Assembly (NCBI GenBank): GCA_035303785.1
Contig: DATGRI010000041.1
Span: 650-64,649, forward strand
Direction of reading: 5' to 3'
Length of the DNA: 64,000 nucleotides
DNA from: Sphingobacteriaceae bacterium
GTDB taxonomy: Bacteria > Bacillota > Sulfobacillia > Thermaerobacterales > RSA17
Under the pieces are notes generated by a model. The model was given only the letters and a program-made list of their open reading frames with translations, did not search any database and had not been told where the DNA came from. Position 1 is the stretch's first letter. Every line of letters starts with the position of its first letter. Both the position numbers and the translations under genes were made by a program. Below, one piece after another: positions 9,261 through 18,180 of the stretch.

Positions 9261-10259
9261 GTGAAAGCAGTCATCGCCGGCGGCACGGGATTCATCGGCA
9301 AGGCGCTGACCGAACGGTTGCTGGCCGAAGGCTGGGAAGTGACGGTGCTGACCCGCCGGGAAGGGGCGTCGGTGCCCCAGGGGGCCCGGGCCGTGGTCTG
9401 GCCGGCCAGACCCGCCGGTTCTGGCGGCGATCGTGGCGGCGGCGGTGGCGTGGGCGACGGAGTCGATGACGGTGGCGCTGCGGGCGGCGGCGGCGGTAGC
9501 GTGGGCGGCGGCACCTGGGAGGACCACTTGACCGGGGCGGATCTGGTGGTCAACCTGGCCGGCGCTCCCATCGCCGGCGGCCGCTGGACCAACCGGCGCA
9601 AGGAACTCATTTTGAACAGCCGCATTGAACCTACCAAAGCCCTGGTGGAAGCCTTCTCCCGCCTATCCCAGCCCCCGGCGGTGTTCATAAACAGTTCCGC
9701 CGTTGGCTACTACGGACCCCGGGGCGATGAACTGATTACCGAGGAAGACGGTCCCGGCGATGATTTCTTGAGCCATGTATGCCGGCGCTGGGAGGAGGCA
9801 GCGGTCCCAGCGGAGGATTTGGGCGTGCGCACCATCATGCTCCGCATCGGCCTTGCCCTGGGCCGCGGGGGTGGCGCCTTGCCCCTCATAGCGCTGCCCT
9901 TCCGCTTGTTGGTGGGCGGGCCCATAGGCTCCGGCCGCCAGTGGTGGCCGTGGATCCACGTAGACGATGTGGTGGGCCTTATCACCTTCTTAAGTCGCCA
10001 CCCGGAAGCCCGCGGCCCCATCAACGCCACGGCGCCCCAGCCGGTGACCAACAAAGAATTCGCCCGCACCTTGGGCCGAGTGCTGGGCAAGCCCGCCTGG
10101 CTGCCGGCGCCGGCTCCCGCCCTGCGGCTGGTTCTGGGCGAAATGGCCGACGCCATGCTTCTGAGCGGCCAGCGGGTCATCCCCCAGGCCGCCCGAGCCC
10201 TGGGCTATCGATTTCAATACGAAGATTTGACCGCAGCCTTAGAAGATTTGTTGAAGTAA
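9261..10259 (+). CDS. TIGR01777/YfcH-like NAD-dependent epimerase family protein (SDR plus DUF1731 C-terminus) with a Gly-rich insert
   Basis: The Rossmann motif is IAGGTGFIGKAL and the C-terminal region reads RVIPQAARALGYRFQY. The GTG start lies 7 nt after TAGGAGGT. A low-complexity insert covers roughly aa 49-86. Confidence 0.85.
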   Translation: MKAVIAGGTGFIGKALTERLLAEGWEVTVLTRREGASVPQGARAVVWPARPAGSGGDRGGGGGVGDGVDDGGAAGGGGGSVGGGTWEDHLTGADLVVNLAGAPIAGGRWTNRRKELILNSRIEPTKALVEAFSRLSQPPAVFINSSAVGYYGPRGDELITEEDGPGDDFLSHVCRRWEEAAVPAEDLGVRTIMLRIGLALGRGGGALPLIALPFRLLVGGPIGSGRQWWPWIHVDDVVGLITFLSRHPEARGPINATAPQPVTNKEFARTLGRVLGKPAWLPAPAPALRLVLGEMADAMLLSGQRVIPQAARALGYRFQYEDLTAALEDLLK

Positions 10260-10607
10260 GTCACTTTGTAGCCCATCCCGGCGCCGTTGCGCAAAGTGTG
10301 ACGCATTTGATCCGGGCTTTGCTTGCCAGTATTTGAGTTTTTGGATCCCGGGACCGGGTGCACGGCCTGTGCATTAGGCCAATATCTGCCTTACTGCCGG
10401 GCTTGATAGGGTAAATTGTGCGGATCGGGTTGCAGCAGGGCCGAAATTGCCCGCAAAATTTGAACCCCTACAGCGCAAAAACTCAAAATCTAGCCCTATA
10501 GGCTCAGGAATAATACATATTACTTTTGCGGATCGGTAGTTTCACACCCATTAGGAATCAAAACCAGGCCCATCAACAGGAGAATTTCACCGGCGCCGGC
10601 CGGAATT

Positions 10608-11219
10608 TCATTGTTGTGGGCCGTTGTCGGGCCAGGGGAGCCAAAGGGCGATGCGCCAGCGGGCGGGGCTGCCGGACAAATCCACCCTGTCCTCCTGGTC
10701 GTCGGCCTGCACCAGGTCGGCGGTGCGGACCAGGATGTACAGTTCCTGCTGTTCGCCCGACTCCCCGGGGCCGCCGGAGCGATATTGGGTGGTGTACCGG
10801 GCGGTTACGGCGGCCACATTGTCTTCGTCGGCGGCGGCTGGGTAACTGGAACGCAGGCTGTCCCAATCCACGGGCAGTTGGTCCAAGGGTGCGGGTACGG
10901 GTTCAATACCGTGGATAATCAGATCCTGCAAGTTGCGGTCCATCTCCTGGCCGTGGGGGGTGTCCTCACCGGCCTCCAGCAGTTCCAGCTTCCGCTCGTT
11001 GGTGAGGCAAAGCATCTTCAGGGCAAGGTCGCTGTCCCGCCGGGCCGTCAAGTACAACTCCACCACCCGGACGGGGCCGGCGCCGGCCAACTCCTGCTCC
11101 CACCGGGTCATCTGGCCGATGCGCCGGTTGCTGATGATCAATAATGTGGCCACAAATGCTACGAAAACTAGAAGGACGATTGCCCGCCGCCGGATGGTGG
11201 CGGCATCCAGATTACCCAA
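10608..11219 (-). CDS. hypothetical membrane-anchored protein
   Basis: One N-terminal TM segment (AIVLLVFVAFVATLLIIS) is followed by a non-repetitive acidic domain. The proposed TTG start at 11219 lies 7 nt after AGAGGTGA, which also contains the MarR stop. The track ORF extends to 11411 through the repeat, so the start is ambiguous. Confidence 0.5.
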   Translation of the reverse strand: MGNLDAATIRRRAIVLLVFVAFVATLLIISNRRIGQMTRWEQELAGAGPVRVVELYLTARRDSDLALKMLCLTNERKLELLEAGEDTPHGQEMDRNLQDLIIHGIEPVPAPLDQLPVDWDSLRSSYPAAADEDNVAAVTARYTTQYRSGGPGESGEQQELYILVRTADLVQADDQEDRVDLSGSPARWRIALWLPWPDNGPQQ

Positions 11220-11226
11220 AGGGGGC

Positions 11227-12021
11227 TCACCTCTGACTGCTGGGCTGTTGGTCGCTGCCGGACGGCTTAGGTCTGAGGGGCTGCTCGTCGCTGCCGGGCT
11301 GATGTTGGCTGCCGGGCTGTTCAGGCCTGCCGGGCTGATGCTGCCTGCCGGGCTGATGCTGCCTGCCGGGCTGACGATCCCCGGCGATGTCCTGGGCCCG
11401 CCCCTTGGCATCTAATCGGATGAATTCCCGGCGCCCGGCGCCGGGACGGCGATTGGCGGCCAGGACGACGTACTGCCGGGGCACCAGCCGGGCCAGGCCG
11501 TTGGTCCCTGTGCTGGCGGCCAAGGACTGGAGCGCCCCGCGGGCCACGGCCAGGCGGTCGGCGCCGGCGGGCGTCAGGCTGATCAACGACGACCGTGCGT
11601 CTCCGGGGTTGGGCTCCCGCTTGATGAGACCCTGGCCCAGCAGGCGGTCGGTCACGCCTGTGATGTTCCCCCGGGTGCAGCCCAGGGCCCGGCTCAACTG
11701 GGTCAAAGTCATGGGGCCGTGGCGGTCCAGCTGGGCCAGCACCTGGTATTGGGCGGGGCCCAAGCGGCTGGCTTCCTGGAGGATCCGCCCTACCAGGACG
11801 GAGAGCCGTTCAGCTTCGTCGAAAACCTGTTCCCATTGGACGGGCAGGTCGGGCCAGCGCCTGACCCATTGCCCTGAAGGCCGGCCCCGGGCATCTTCGA
11901 CCCGGGCATCTTCGACCCGGGTGTCGAGGTGCCGGCCTCGGGCGTCTAGGCTCAGGCCACGCCGGTCGCGGCTGTCACGTTTCCGGTCATCGCGGCCCCG
12001 GTCGTTTGTTTTGGCGGTCAC
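11227..12021 (-). CDS. MarR-family transcriptional regulator with repeat-containing N- and C-terminal extensions
   Basis: The wHTH core is QYQVLAQLDRHGPMTLTQLSRALGCTRGNITGVTDRLLGQGLIKREPNPGDARSSLISLTPAG. The GTG at 12021 lies 9 nt after GGGGAGG and just downstream of the pepA stop. The tail reads RQHQPG-RQHQPG-RPEQPG-SQHQPG. Confidence 0.75.
   Translation of the reverse strand: MTAKTNDRGRDDRKRDSRDRRGLSLDARGRHLDTRVEDARVEDARGRPSGQWVRRWPDLPVQWEQVFDEAERLSVLVGRILQEASRLGPAQYQVLAQLDRHGPMTLTQLSRALGCTRGNITGVTDRLLGQGLIKREPNPGDARSSLISLTPAGADRLAVARGALQSLAASTGTNGLARLVPRQYVVLAANRRPGAGRREFIRLDAKGRAQDIAGDRQPGRQHQPGRQHQPGRPEQPGSQHQPGSDEQPLRPKPSGSDQQPSSQR
11289..11378. repeat. 18-bp tandem repeat, 5 copies (two perfect: GCCTGCCGGGCTGATGCT)
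   Basis: Read directly. The units are at 11289-11306, 11307-11324, 11325-11342, 11343-11360 and 11361-11378, with a degenerate copy upstream. The period of 18 bp equals 6 codons. Confidence 0.85.
11886..11928. repeat. 15-bp tandem duplication (CCCGGGCATCTTCGA x2 plus a partial third copy)
   Basis: Read directly. It encodes VEDAR-VEDAR in the N-terminal extension of the MarR gene. Confidence 0.8.
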
Positions 12022-12041
12022 TTGACCGAACCTCCCCGGCG

Positions 12042-13553
12042 TCAGCCGGCGGCCGCCAGGTCCATCACCAGTTGGGCCAGGGTGCGCACCATGACACCGG
12101 TGGCGCCGGCATCGCCGTAAGGTTTGCCCTTGTCCAGCCATGCCGTGGGGGCGATGTCCAGATGGGCCCACGGCGTATCTCCGGCGAACTCGCCCACGAT
12201 CAAGGCGCCGGTAATGGTGCCTCCGTCCCGGCCGGCGGTGTTTTTCAAGTCGGCCACCTGGCTTTTGTACAACTCCCGGTACTCATCCCAGGAGGGCAGG
12301 CGCCACAACAGCTCGCCGCTGCGCTCCGCCGCCTGGAGCACCTGGTCCGCCAGCTGGTCGTCATTGCTTACCAGGGCCGCGGCCGCCGGGCCCAAGGCGA
12401 TGCGGGCGGCCCCCGTCAAGGTGGCCACGTCCACGATGCGCCGGGCCCCCAGATGCCGGGCGTAGGCGATTGCGTCGGCCAGGATGAGGCGACCTTCGGC
12501 GTCGGTGTTCATGATTTCGATGGTCTTGCCGTCGAAGGTGTCGATGATGTCCCCCGGCTTCAGGGCATGTCCACTGGGCAGGTTCTCCACGGCGGGGATG
12601 ACGGCCACCACATCCAGGGAGGGCTTCCAGGCGGCGATAATCTTCATGGCCCCCAGCACCGCAGCGGCCCCCGCCATGTCGTACTTCATGGACTCCATGC
12701 CGCCGGCGGGCTTCAAAGACAGGCCGCCGCTGTCGAAGGTGACCCCTTTGCCCACTAGGCCCACGTCAAAGCCGTCGCCGCCCCGGCCCCGGTACCGGAG
12801 CACCATCATGACGGGTGGCTCGTCGCTGCCCCGGCCCACGGCCAGCACGGCGTGTATGCCCAGCTCCTCCAGCCGCCGGCCATTCATTACTTCGATCTCC
12901 AAGCCGGCGGACGCCGCCAGTTCCCGGGCCTTCTCAGCCAGCCGGGTGGGGGTCAGCCGGCTGGGGGGCTCGTTGGTCAAATCCCGGGCCAAGTTGGTGG
13001 CGGCGGCGGTAATCTGCCCCCGGGCCAAGCCTTCCTTGAACAAGGGCAGCCGGCCGGCGTCGGCCTCGATGACCACCACTTCCTCCGGCTGCTCCGGCAG
13101 CCCCTTGCCCTGCCGGTACTTGTCAAAGCGGTAAAGCCCCAGGAAAGTGCCCTCGGCCAGAGCCTGGGCCGCCGCAGCGGGCTCCATGCCGCCGATGCCG
13201 GCGCCGTGGACGATGGTGGCCACGGCGCGGGCCGCCCCCTGCCGGGCCCGGCGGGCGGCGGCGGCCGCCACGTTCCGCGCCCGGTGGGCGTTGAAGCCTT
13301 CCCGCGGGCCCAGGCCCACGACGATGACCCGGCGGGCGGGCAGGCGCCCGAAGGTGGGCAGCACCAAGGTTTCGTACAGCTTGCCCGTGAACTCCCCCCG
13401 GGCGATGGCTTCGCTAATGGCCCCGTCCAGGGCCTGATCGACGGCGCCCGTGGCTCCCCCCGGCTCCGTCACCCCTTTAAACAGGTTGACCACTAAAGCA
13501 TCACATTGGACCTCGGTAACCAGACCGTGCTCCAGTCTCATAGCAGTCTTCAT
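12042..13553 (-). CDS. pepA: leucyl aminopeptidase (peptidase M17)
   Basis: M17 catalytic-domain motifs are GKGVTFDSGGLSLKP and NTDAEGRLILADA. I chose the ATG at 13553, 10 nt after the dipeptidase stop, with a G-rich RBS. The track start at 13631 would overlap the upstream gene. Confidence 0.9.
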   Translation of the reverse strand: MKTAMRLEHGLVTEVQCDALVVNLFKGVTEPGGATGAVDQALDGAISEAIARGEFTGKLYETLVLPTFGRLPARRVIVVGLGPREGFNAHRARNVAAAAARRARQGAARAVATIVHGAGIGGMEPAAAAQALAEGTFLGLYRFDKYRQGKGLPEQPEEVVVIEADAGRLPLFKEGLARGQITAAATNLARDLTNEPPSRLTPTRLAEKARELAASAGLEIEVMNGRRLEELGIHAVLAVGRGSDEPPVMMVLRYRGRGGDGFDVGLVGKGVTFDSGGLSLKPAGGMESMKYDMAGAAAVLGAMKIIAAWKPSLDVVAVIPAVENLPSGHALKPGDIIDTFDGKTIEIMNTDAEGRLILADAIAYARHLGARRIVDVATLTGAARIALGPAAAALVSNDDQLADQVLQAAERSGELLWRLPSWDEYRELYKSQVADLKNTAGRDGGTITGALIVGEFAGDTPWAHLDIAPTAWLDKGKPYGDAGATGVMVRTLAQLVMDLAAAG

Positions 13554-13563
13554 GGACTCCCCG

Positions 13564-14556
13564 TCACCCTCCCCACACTTGCCGGAACACCCGCAAGAAA
13601 TTCTCGCCCAAAATCTTGCGGATGTCTGCATCGGAAAAACCCCGGCGCACCATGGCCTCCGTCAATCGGGGCAGTTTGGACACATCTTCCAAATCTATAG
13701 GCGTGCTGTCAATACCGTCGAAATCACTGCCCAGGCCCACATGGTCGGGCCCCACCAACTGCACGATGTGCTCCATATGGTCCACGATCCGGTCGATGGT
13801 CGCCTGGCGGGGATCTTCATCCACAAAGGGCGGGTAGAAGTTCATCCCCATGACGCCGCCGTTGCGGGCCAGAGCCTTGATCTGCTCGTCGCTCAGATTC
13901 CGGGGATGATTGCACAAGGCGCGGCAGTTGGAATGGGAGGCCACCACCGGTCGGCTGCTCACCTCCATCACGTGCCAGAAGCCCGCATCCGACAGGTGGG
14001 ACACGTCCACCACCATGCCCAGGCGGTTCATCTCCTGCACCACGGCCACCCCCAAGCGGGACAGGCCGCCGCCGGTGCCCGACTCCCCCACCCCATCGGC
14101 CAGGTCGTTCCGCTCGTTCCACGTCAAGCCGATGAGGCGGACCCCCAGGCGATGGAAGATGCGCAGCACCGCCAGGCGCCCCGCCAGGGCCTCGCCGCCT
14201 TCAATGGCCAGAACGGCGGCGATCTTCCCCTGGGACACAGCCTCCTCCAGCTGGGCCACCGTCTTGACCACCGTGATATGGGAGGCGTTGGCGTCCACCT
14301 CGGTCAAGAAGGCGTCCAGCAGTTCCAGAAATCGGGGCAAAGCCCGGTCGGGTTTATACTCCCCCTGGATGTAGTGGGCGAAAACCTGAACCTTGACGCC
14401 GCCGTCCCGCAGGCGGGGCAGGTCCACGTGGCCCCGGCGGGACCGCCGTCCCAAGGGCCGGCCGTTGATGATGTCCAGAACGGTGTCGGCATGGGCGTCC
14501 ACCACCAGGGCGTCCCGGTGCAGCGCCTGGGCCGCCTCCACCGGGGCGGCTTCCAT
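13564..14556 (-). CDS. membrane dipeptidase (peptidase M19, renal-dipeptidase family)
   Basis: Motifs include VVDAHADTV, GGVKVQVFA and GLGSDFDGI. The RBS is GAGGGTGATGAGGA. Confidence 0.9.
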   Translation of the reverse strand: MEAAPVEAAQALHRDALVVDAHADTVLDIINGRPLGRRSRRGHVDLPRLRDGGVKVQVFAHYIQGEYKPDRALPRFLELLDAFLTEVDANASHITVVKTVAQLEEAVSQGKIAAVLAIEGGEALAGRLAVLRIFHRLGVRLIGLTWNERNDLADGVGESGTGGGLSRLGVAVVQEMNRLGMVVDVSHLSDAGFWHVMEVSSRPVVASHSNCRALCNHPRNLSDEQIKALARNGGVMGMNFYPPFVDEDPRQATIDRIVDHMEHIVQLVGPDHVGLGSDFDGIDSTPIDLEDVSKLPRLTEAMVRRGFSDADIRKILGENFLRVFRQVWGG

Positions 14557-14714
14557 TCCTCATCACCCTCCGAGGCACAAGAAAAGCGGAACCTTCAGGT
14601 CCCGCCCCATTTTATGACCCTATGCGCCCGGCAACTCTCTTAGGGCCAACCCCGGCCGGGCCATCCATGCCCATGAAGGCCTCGAACCGGGCACCCATCG
14701 GCCGGGCAACCCAG

Positions 14715-14767
14715 CGAACTCAAAGGTGCTGCTCCGGACCGGCCTGACGCCCACCGGCAGCAGCACT
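14715..14767 (-). terminator. candidate intrinsic terminator downstream of spoVS
   Basis: A 12-bp GC-rich stem with a 1-nt bulge pairs 14726-14737 with 14754-14766 around a 16-nt loop. It starts 2 nt after the TAG stop and is followed on the minus strand by UUUGAGUU. Confidence 0.5.
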
Positions 14768-14768
14768 G

Positions 14769-15029
14769 CTAACGCGGCTGCACGATAAACTTGATGGCCG
14801 TGCGCTGCTGACCGTCGATTTCTACGTCCGTAAAAGCCGGGATACAGACCAGATCCGTACCGCCGGGGGCGACGAAGCCGCGGGCTATGGCAACCGCCTT
14901 GACCGCCTGGTTGATGGCACCGGCGCCGATGGCCTGAATCTCGGCCGTACCCTGTTCACGAATCACGCCCGCCAATGCTCCTGCTACTGCGTTTGGACTG
15001 GATTTAGCGGATACTTTGAGGATCTCCAA
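14769..15029 (-). CDS. spoVS: stage V sporulation protein S
   Basis: The sequence LEILKVSAKSSPNAVAGALAGVIREQGTAEIQAIGAGAINQAVKAVAIARGF is a near-canonical SpoVS. The TTG start at 15029 lies after GGAGGAG. The 132-aa track ORF is over-extended. Confidence 0.9.
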   Translation of the reverse strand: MEILKVSAKSSPNAVAGALAGVIREQGTAEIQAIGAGAINQAVKAVAIARGFVAPGGTDLVCIPAFTDVEIDGQQRTAIKFIVQPR

Positions 15030-15158
15030 GCTGGTCTCCTCCCTGGGCTGAAGTGCAGTAAGTCGGCAGTCACGATGTATGGGCTGTCTGCCGCATCTCT
15101 CCGCTGTCAAGGGGTGGTCGGCACACATTACGGCCAATAGACACTTATTGGTGGCGAA

Positions 15159-15186
15159 ATTCGACATGCCCAGGGGAAAAACCTGC
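15159..15186 (-). promoter_or_regulatory. sigma-H-like promoter candidate upstream of spoVS (GCAGGTTTT-12 nt-GTCGAAT)
   Basis: It matches the B. subtilis sigma-H consensus RNAGGAWWW-N11-12-RNNGAAT with one mismatch. It lies 130-157 nt upstream of the spoVS start. Confidence 0.4.
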
Positions 15187-15191
15187 TAGTC

Positions 15192-15980
15192 TCAGGGGCT
15201 GTGTTCGTAGATTCGCTCAATGGCCAAAGCCTTGCCGGAAGCAGGATCCACGTCCAGCACCACGCCGCTCAAAATTTGCGGGCCATCGGCCGTTTCGTAC
15301 ACCACGGGGCGCTGGGTCAGGAAGCGGCGCACCGCCGGATTCACCTTCACCCCGATGACCGAGTTGACGGGGCCCGTCATGCCGGCGTCGCTGATGTAGG
15401 CCGTGCCGCCGGGGAGCACCCGGTTGTCGGCCGTCTGCACGTGGGTGTGGGTGCCCAGGACGGCGGTGGCCCGGCCGTCCACGTACCAGCCCAGGGCCTG
15501 CTTTTCCGAAGTGGCCTCGGCGTGGAAGTCGATGATGGTGACCGCCGCGAACTCCTTTGCAGCCTCCAGGGCTTCGTCGGCGGCCCGGAAGGGGCAATCG
15601 GGGAAGATGGGCAGGAACACCCGGCCCAAGATGTTGATTACCGCCACCGGCCCCTTGGGCGATTCGAACACGGTCCAGCCTCGCCCCGGCACCGGCTCGT
15701 GATGGGCTGGATAGTTGATGGGCCGGATGATGCGGGGATTGTCTTCAATGTAGTCGCTGATCTCTTTTTTGTCCCAGGCGTGGTTGCCCAAGGTGATGAC
15801 GTCCACGCCGGCGGCGAACATCTCCTCGGCCGTCGAGGGAGTGATGCCGCTGCCTACGGCGTTTTCCCCGTTGGCGATGATGATGTCGATTTCCCGCTGG
15901 GACCTCAGAACGGGAAGGCGGGCGCGGAGCATCTCCCGGCCCGGCCGGCCCACCACGTCCCCGATGAAAAGAATGCGCAC
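15192..15980 (-). CDS. ymdB: YmdB-family metallophosphoesterase (2',3'-cyclic-nucleotide 2'-phosphodiesterase, TIGR00282)
   Basis: Contains MRILFIGDVVGRPGR, ANGENA and DFHAEATSEK. Its position between rny and spoVS is the conserved one. Confidence 0.9.
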   Translation of the reverse strand: MRILFIGDVVGRPGREMLRARLPVLRSQREIDIIIANGENAVGSGITPSTAEEMFAAGVDVITLGNHAWDKKEISDYIEDNPRIIRPINYPAHHEPVPGRGWTVFESPKGPVAVINILGRVFLPIFPDCPFRAADEALEAAKEFAAVTIIDFHAEATSEKQALGWYVDGRATAVLGTHTHVQTADNRVLPGGTAYISDAGMTGPVNSVIGVKVNPAVRRFLTQRPVVYETADGPQILSGVVLDVDPASGKALAIERIYEHSP

Positions 15981-16065
15981 CTTTTTCGTCCCTTCATGAA
16001 ACCCGGCCGGGCCCGGACAACGTGCTGTCCGGACCCGGCCCCGCCCTCGCCGGCGGCGGTGTGGC

Positions 16066-17610
16066 TCAACGAGCGTAGTCCACTACCCGGGTTTCGCGGA
16101 TGACTACGACTTTGATCTGGCCAGGGTACTGAACCTGCTGCTGGATCTCCTTGACGATGTCCTTCACCAGGAAGTGGGTCTGGCTATCGTCGATTTGATC
16201 CGGCTTGACCATGATGCGGATTTCCCGGCCGGCCTGGATGGCGTAGGCCTTTTCCACGCCTTCGAAGGAATCCGCTATCTCTTCCAAGGTGCGGAGACGC
16301 TTGATGTAAGACTCCAAGGTCTCCCGCCGGGCCCCGGGCCGGGCGGCGCTCAGGGCGTCGGCGGCGGTGACCAGCACCGCTTCGATGGTTTCCGGCTCAT
16401 AGTCGCCGTGGTGGCAGGCCATGGCGTGCACCACTTCCGGCGACTCGCCGTACTTCTCCAGCAGTTCGATGCCGATGGTCAAGTGGCTGCCTTCCACCTC
16501 GTGGTCCACAGCCTTGCCAATATCATGGAGCAGTCCGGCCCGGCGGGCAACCGCCACGTTGGCCCCCAGCTCCATGGCCATGAGGCCGGCCAGGTGGGCG
16601 ACCTCCTTGGAGTGCTTGAGGACGTTCTGGCCGTAGCTGGTCCTGAAGTGGAGACGCCCCAGCAGGTTGACCAGTTCGGGGTGGAGCCCGTGCACCCCCA
16701 CGTCGTACATGGCCTGCTCACCCGCTTCGCGGATGCGCTGCTCCACTTCCCGTTCGGCCTTCTCGTACATCTCCTCGATGCGGGCCGGGTGAATGCGCCC
16801 GTCGGCCACCAGCTTGGTCAAGGTGATGCGGGCCTTCTCCCGGCGGATGGGGTCGAAGCAGGACAGCACCACGGCCTCGGGCGTATCATCGATGATCAGG
16901 TCAACGCCGGTCAGAGCCTCGAAGGTGCGGATGTTGCGGCCTTCCCGGCCGATGATGCGGCCCTTCATGTCGTCGCTGGGCAGCTCCACCACCGAGACGG
17001 TGGTTTCGGCCACGTAGTCGGCGGCATAGCGCTGGATGGCGGTGGCCACGATCTCCTTGGCCCGCCGCTCGGCTTCCTGCCTGGCAGTAGACTCGATCTC
17101 CCGCATCATCTGGGCCGCTTCGGCCCGGGTTTCATGCTCCACTTGGTTCAAGATGAGTTCCCGTGCCTGCTCCCGGGTCAACCCGGCAGTACGGGCCAGT
17201 TCTTCCATCTGGCGGGCCCTCAGGTCATCGATTTCCGCTTCCTTGCGGTCCAGGAGCTGGTCCCGGCGGTTCTGCTCTTCCTCCCGCCGCTCCAACTGCT
17301 CCATCTTGCGCTCCAAGGCTTCTTCCCGCTGCAGGACCCGCTGCTCCATCCTCTGCAATTCATGGCGCCGTTCCCTGGCTTCACGTTCCAGCTGGCCCCT
17401 AAGCCGGTATATCTCCTCTTTGGCTTCCATCAAGGCTTCGCGCTTGCTGGCTTCGTTCTCTTGCCGCGCCTTCTCGATGATCCGGGCCGCTTCGGCTTCT
17501 GCCGACTGGATGCGGGCCTCGGCGGTGCGGCGGCGGACGATATATCCGACTGCAAAGGCGGCCAAAGCAACAGGAATGGCTGTAATTATGACTATCACGG
17601 TTGCTGACAT
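16066..17610 (-). CDS. rny: ribonuclease Y
   Basis: Has an N-terminal TM helix, a coiled coil, a KH domain ([12 protein letters not shown]) and an HD domain (LLHDIGKA). The ATG at 17610 follows AAGGAGGTGA. The track start at 17736 was trimmed. Confidence 0.95.
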   Translation of the reverse strand: MSATVIVIITAIPVALAAFAVGYIVRRRTAEARIQSAEAEAARIIEKARQENEASKREALMEAKEEIYRLRGQLEREARERRHELQRMEQRVLQREEALERKMEQLERREEEQNRRDQLLDRKEAEIDDLRARQMEELARTAGLTREQARELILNQVEHETRAEAAQMMREIESTARQEAERRAKEIVATAIQRYAADYVAETTVSVVELPSDDMKGRIIGREGRNIRTFEALTGVDLIIDDTPEAVVLSCFDPIRREKARITLTKLVADGRIHPARIEEMYEKAEREVEQRIREAGEQAMYDVGVHGLHPELVNLLGRLHFRTSYGQNVLKHSKEVAHLAGLMAMELGANVAVARRAGLLHDIGKAVDHEVEGSHLTIGIELLEKYGESPEVVHAMACHHGDYEPETIEAVLVTAADALSAARPGARRETLESYIKRLRTLEEIADSFEGVEKAYAIQAGREIRIMVKPDQIDDSQTHFLVKDIVKEIQQQVQYPGQIKVVVIRETRVVDYAR

Positions 17611-18097
17611 TGGGCTCACCTCCTTCAAAGGACGTCTGCCTCTCCTCTGCGGGCGGGAGCGGTCCGGCTCCCACAACGCAGAAAAGGCCGAGCGAAAAAG
17701 ACCCGGCCTTCGGAACACGGTCAGTACGCGGCACACTACGGGCAGGCGAGAAACCTATACAGTAGTCACCGATATCGGGTTATATGCACCCAGCCTGTGG
17801 TTGTACGAGGACAAAGCCCAGCAATTGCCTGGGCTTCTGGGCGGAAACTGCCCCTGACTTACCCTTTTATGGTCGTTTCAGGCAGAAACCCCCACTTTTA
17901 GGTGCCCTCTCAACGGTTCCGGAGCACACCCTGCACAGGCACCCTCCACAAGGTGATGAGTTGACATTCCATAACACGATGTCGGTGTCCAACGGGGCGC
18001 GGCCCCGCCGCACCCCGGTCAAAACCAGTTCCACCCGGCCCGTTGGCCGAACGTACGGGTCGTAGTTCAAAGGCAGTAGAGTCTTCCTCTTGGGCTG

Positions 18098-18127
18098 ATT
18101 CTAAGGTTCCCCGCAAGACAGTGTCAA
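18098..18127 (-). promoter_or_regulatory. near-consensus sigma-A promoter (TTGACA-18 nt-TAGAAT) 54 nt downstream of the recA stop
   Basis: Read directly on the minus strand. The -35 is at 18122-18127 and the -10 at 18098-18103. Confidence 0.5.
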
Positions 18128-18180
18128 GGACGGCGCCCCCCGGCGGCCGCCCCCTACCCCTCGTTGGGCGGCACGGCGGG

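Noticed and set aside
11259-11390. Regularly spaced repeats considered as a CRISPR-like array.
   Set aside because: The units are contiguous 18-bp copies with no spacers. They lie inside coding sequence, and no cas genes are present. This is a coding tandem repeat.
17867-18070. 67-aa Cys-containing ORF (CGGCLCRVC) in the recA-rny spacer.
   Set aside because: I did not list it as a feature. It has a TTG start, its RBS is about 12 nt away, and third-position GC decays in the second half. I keep it only as a possibility under the spacer finding.
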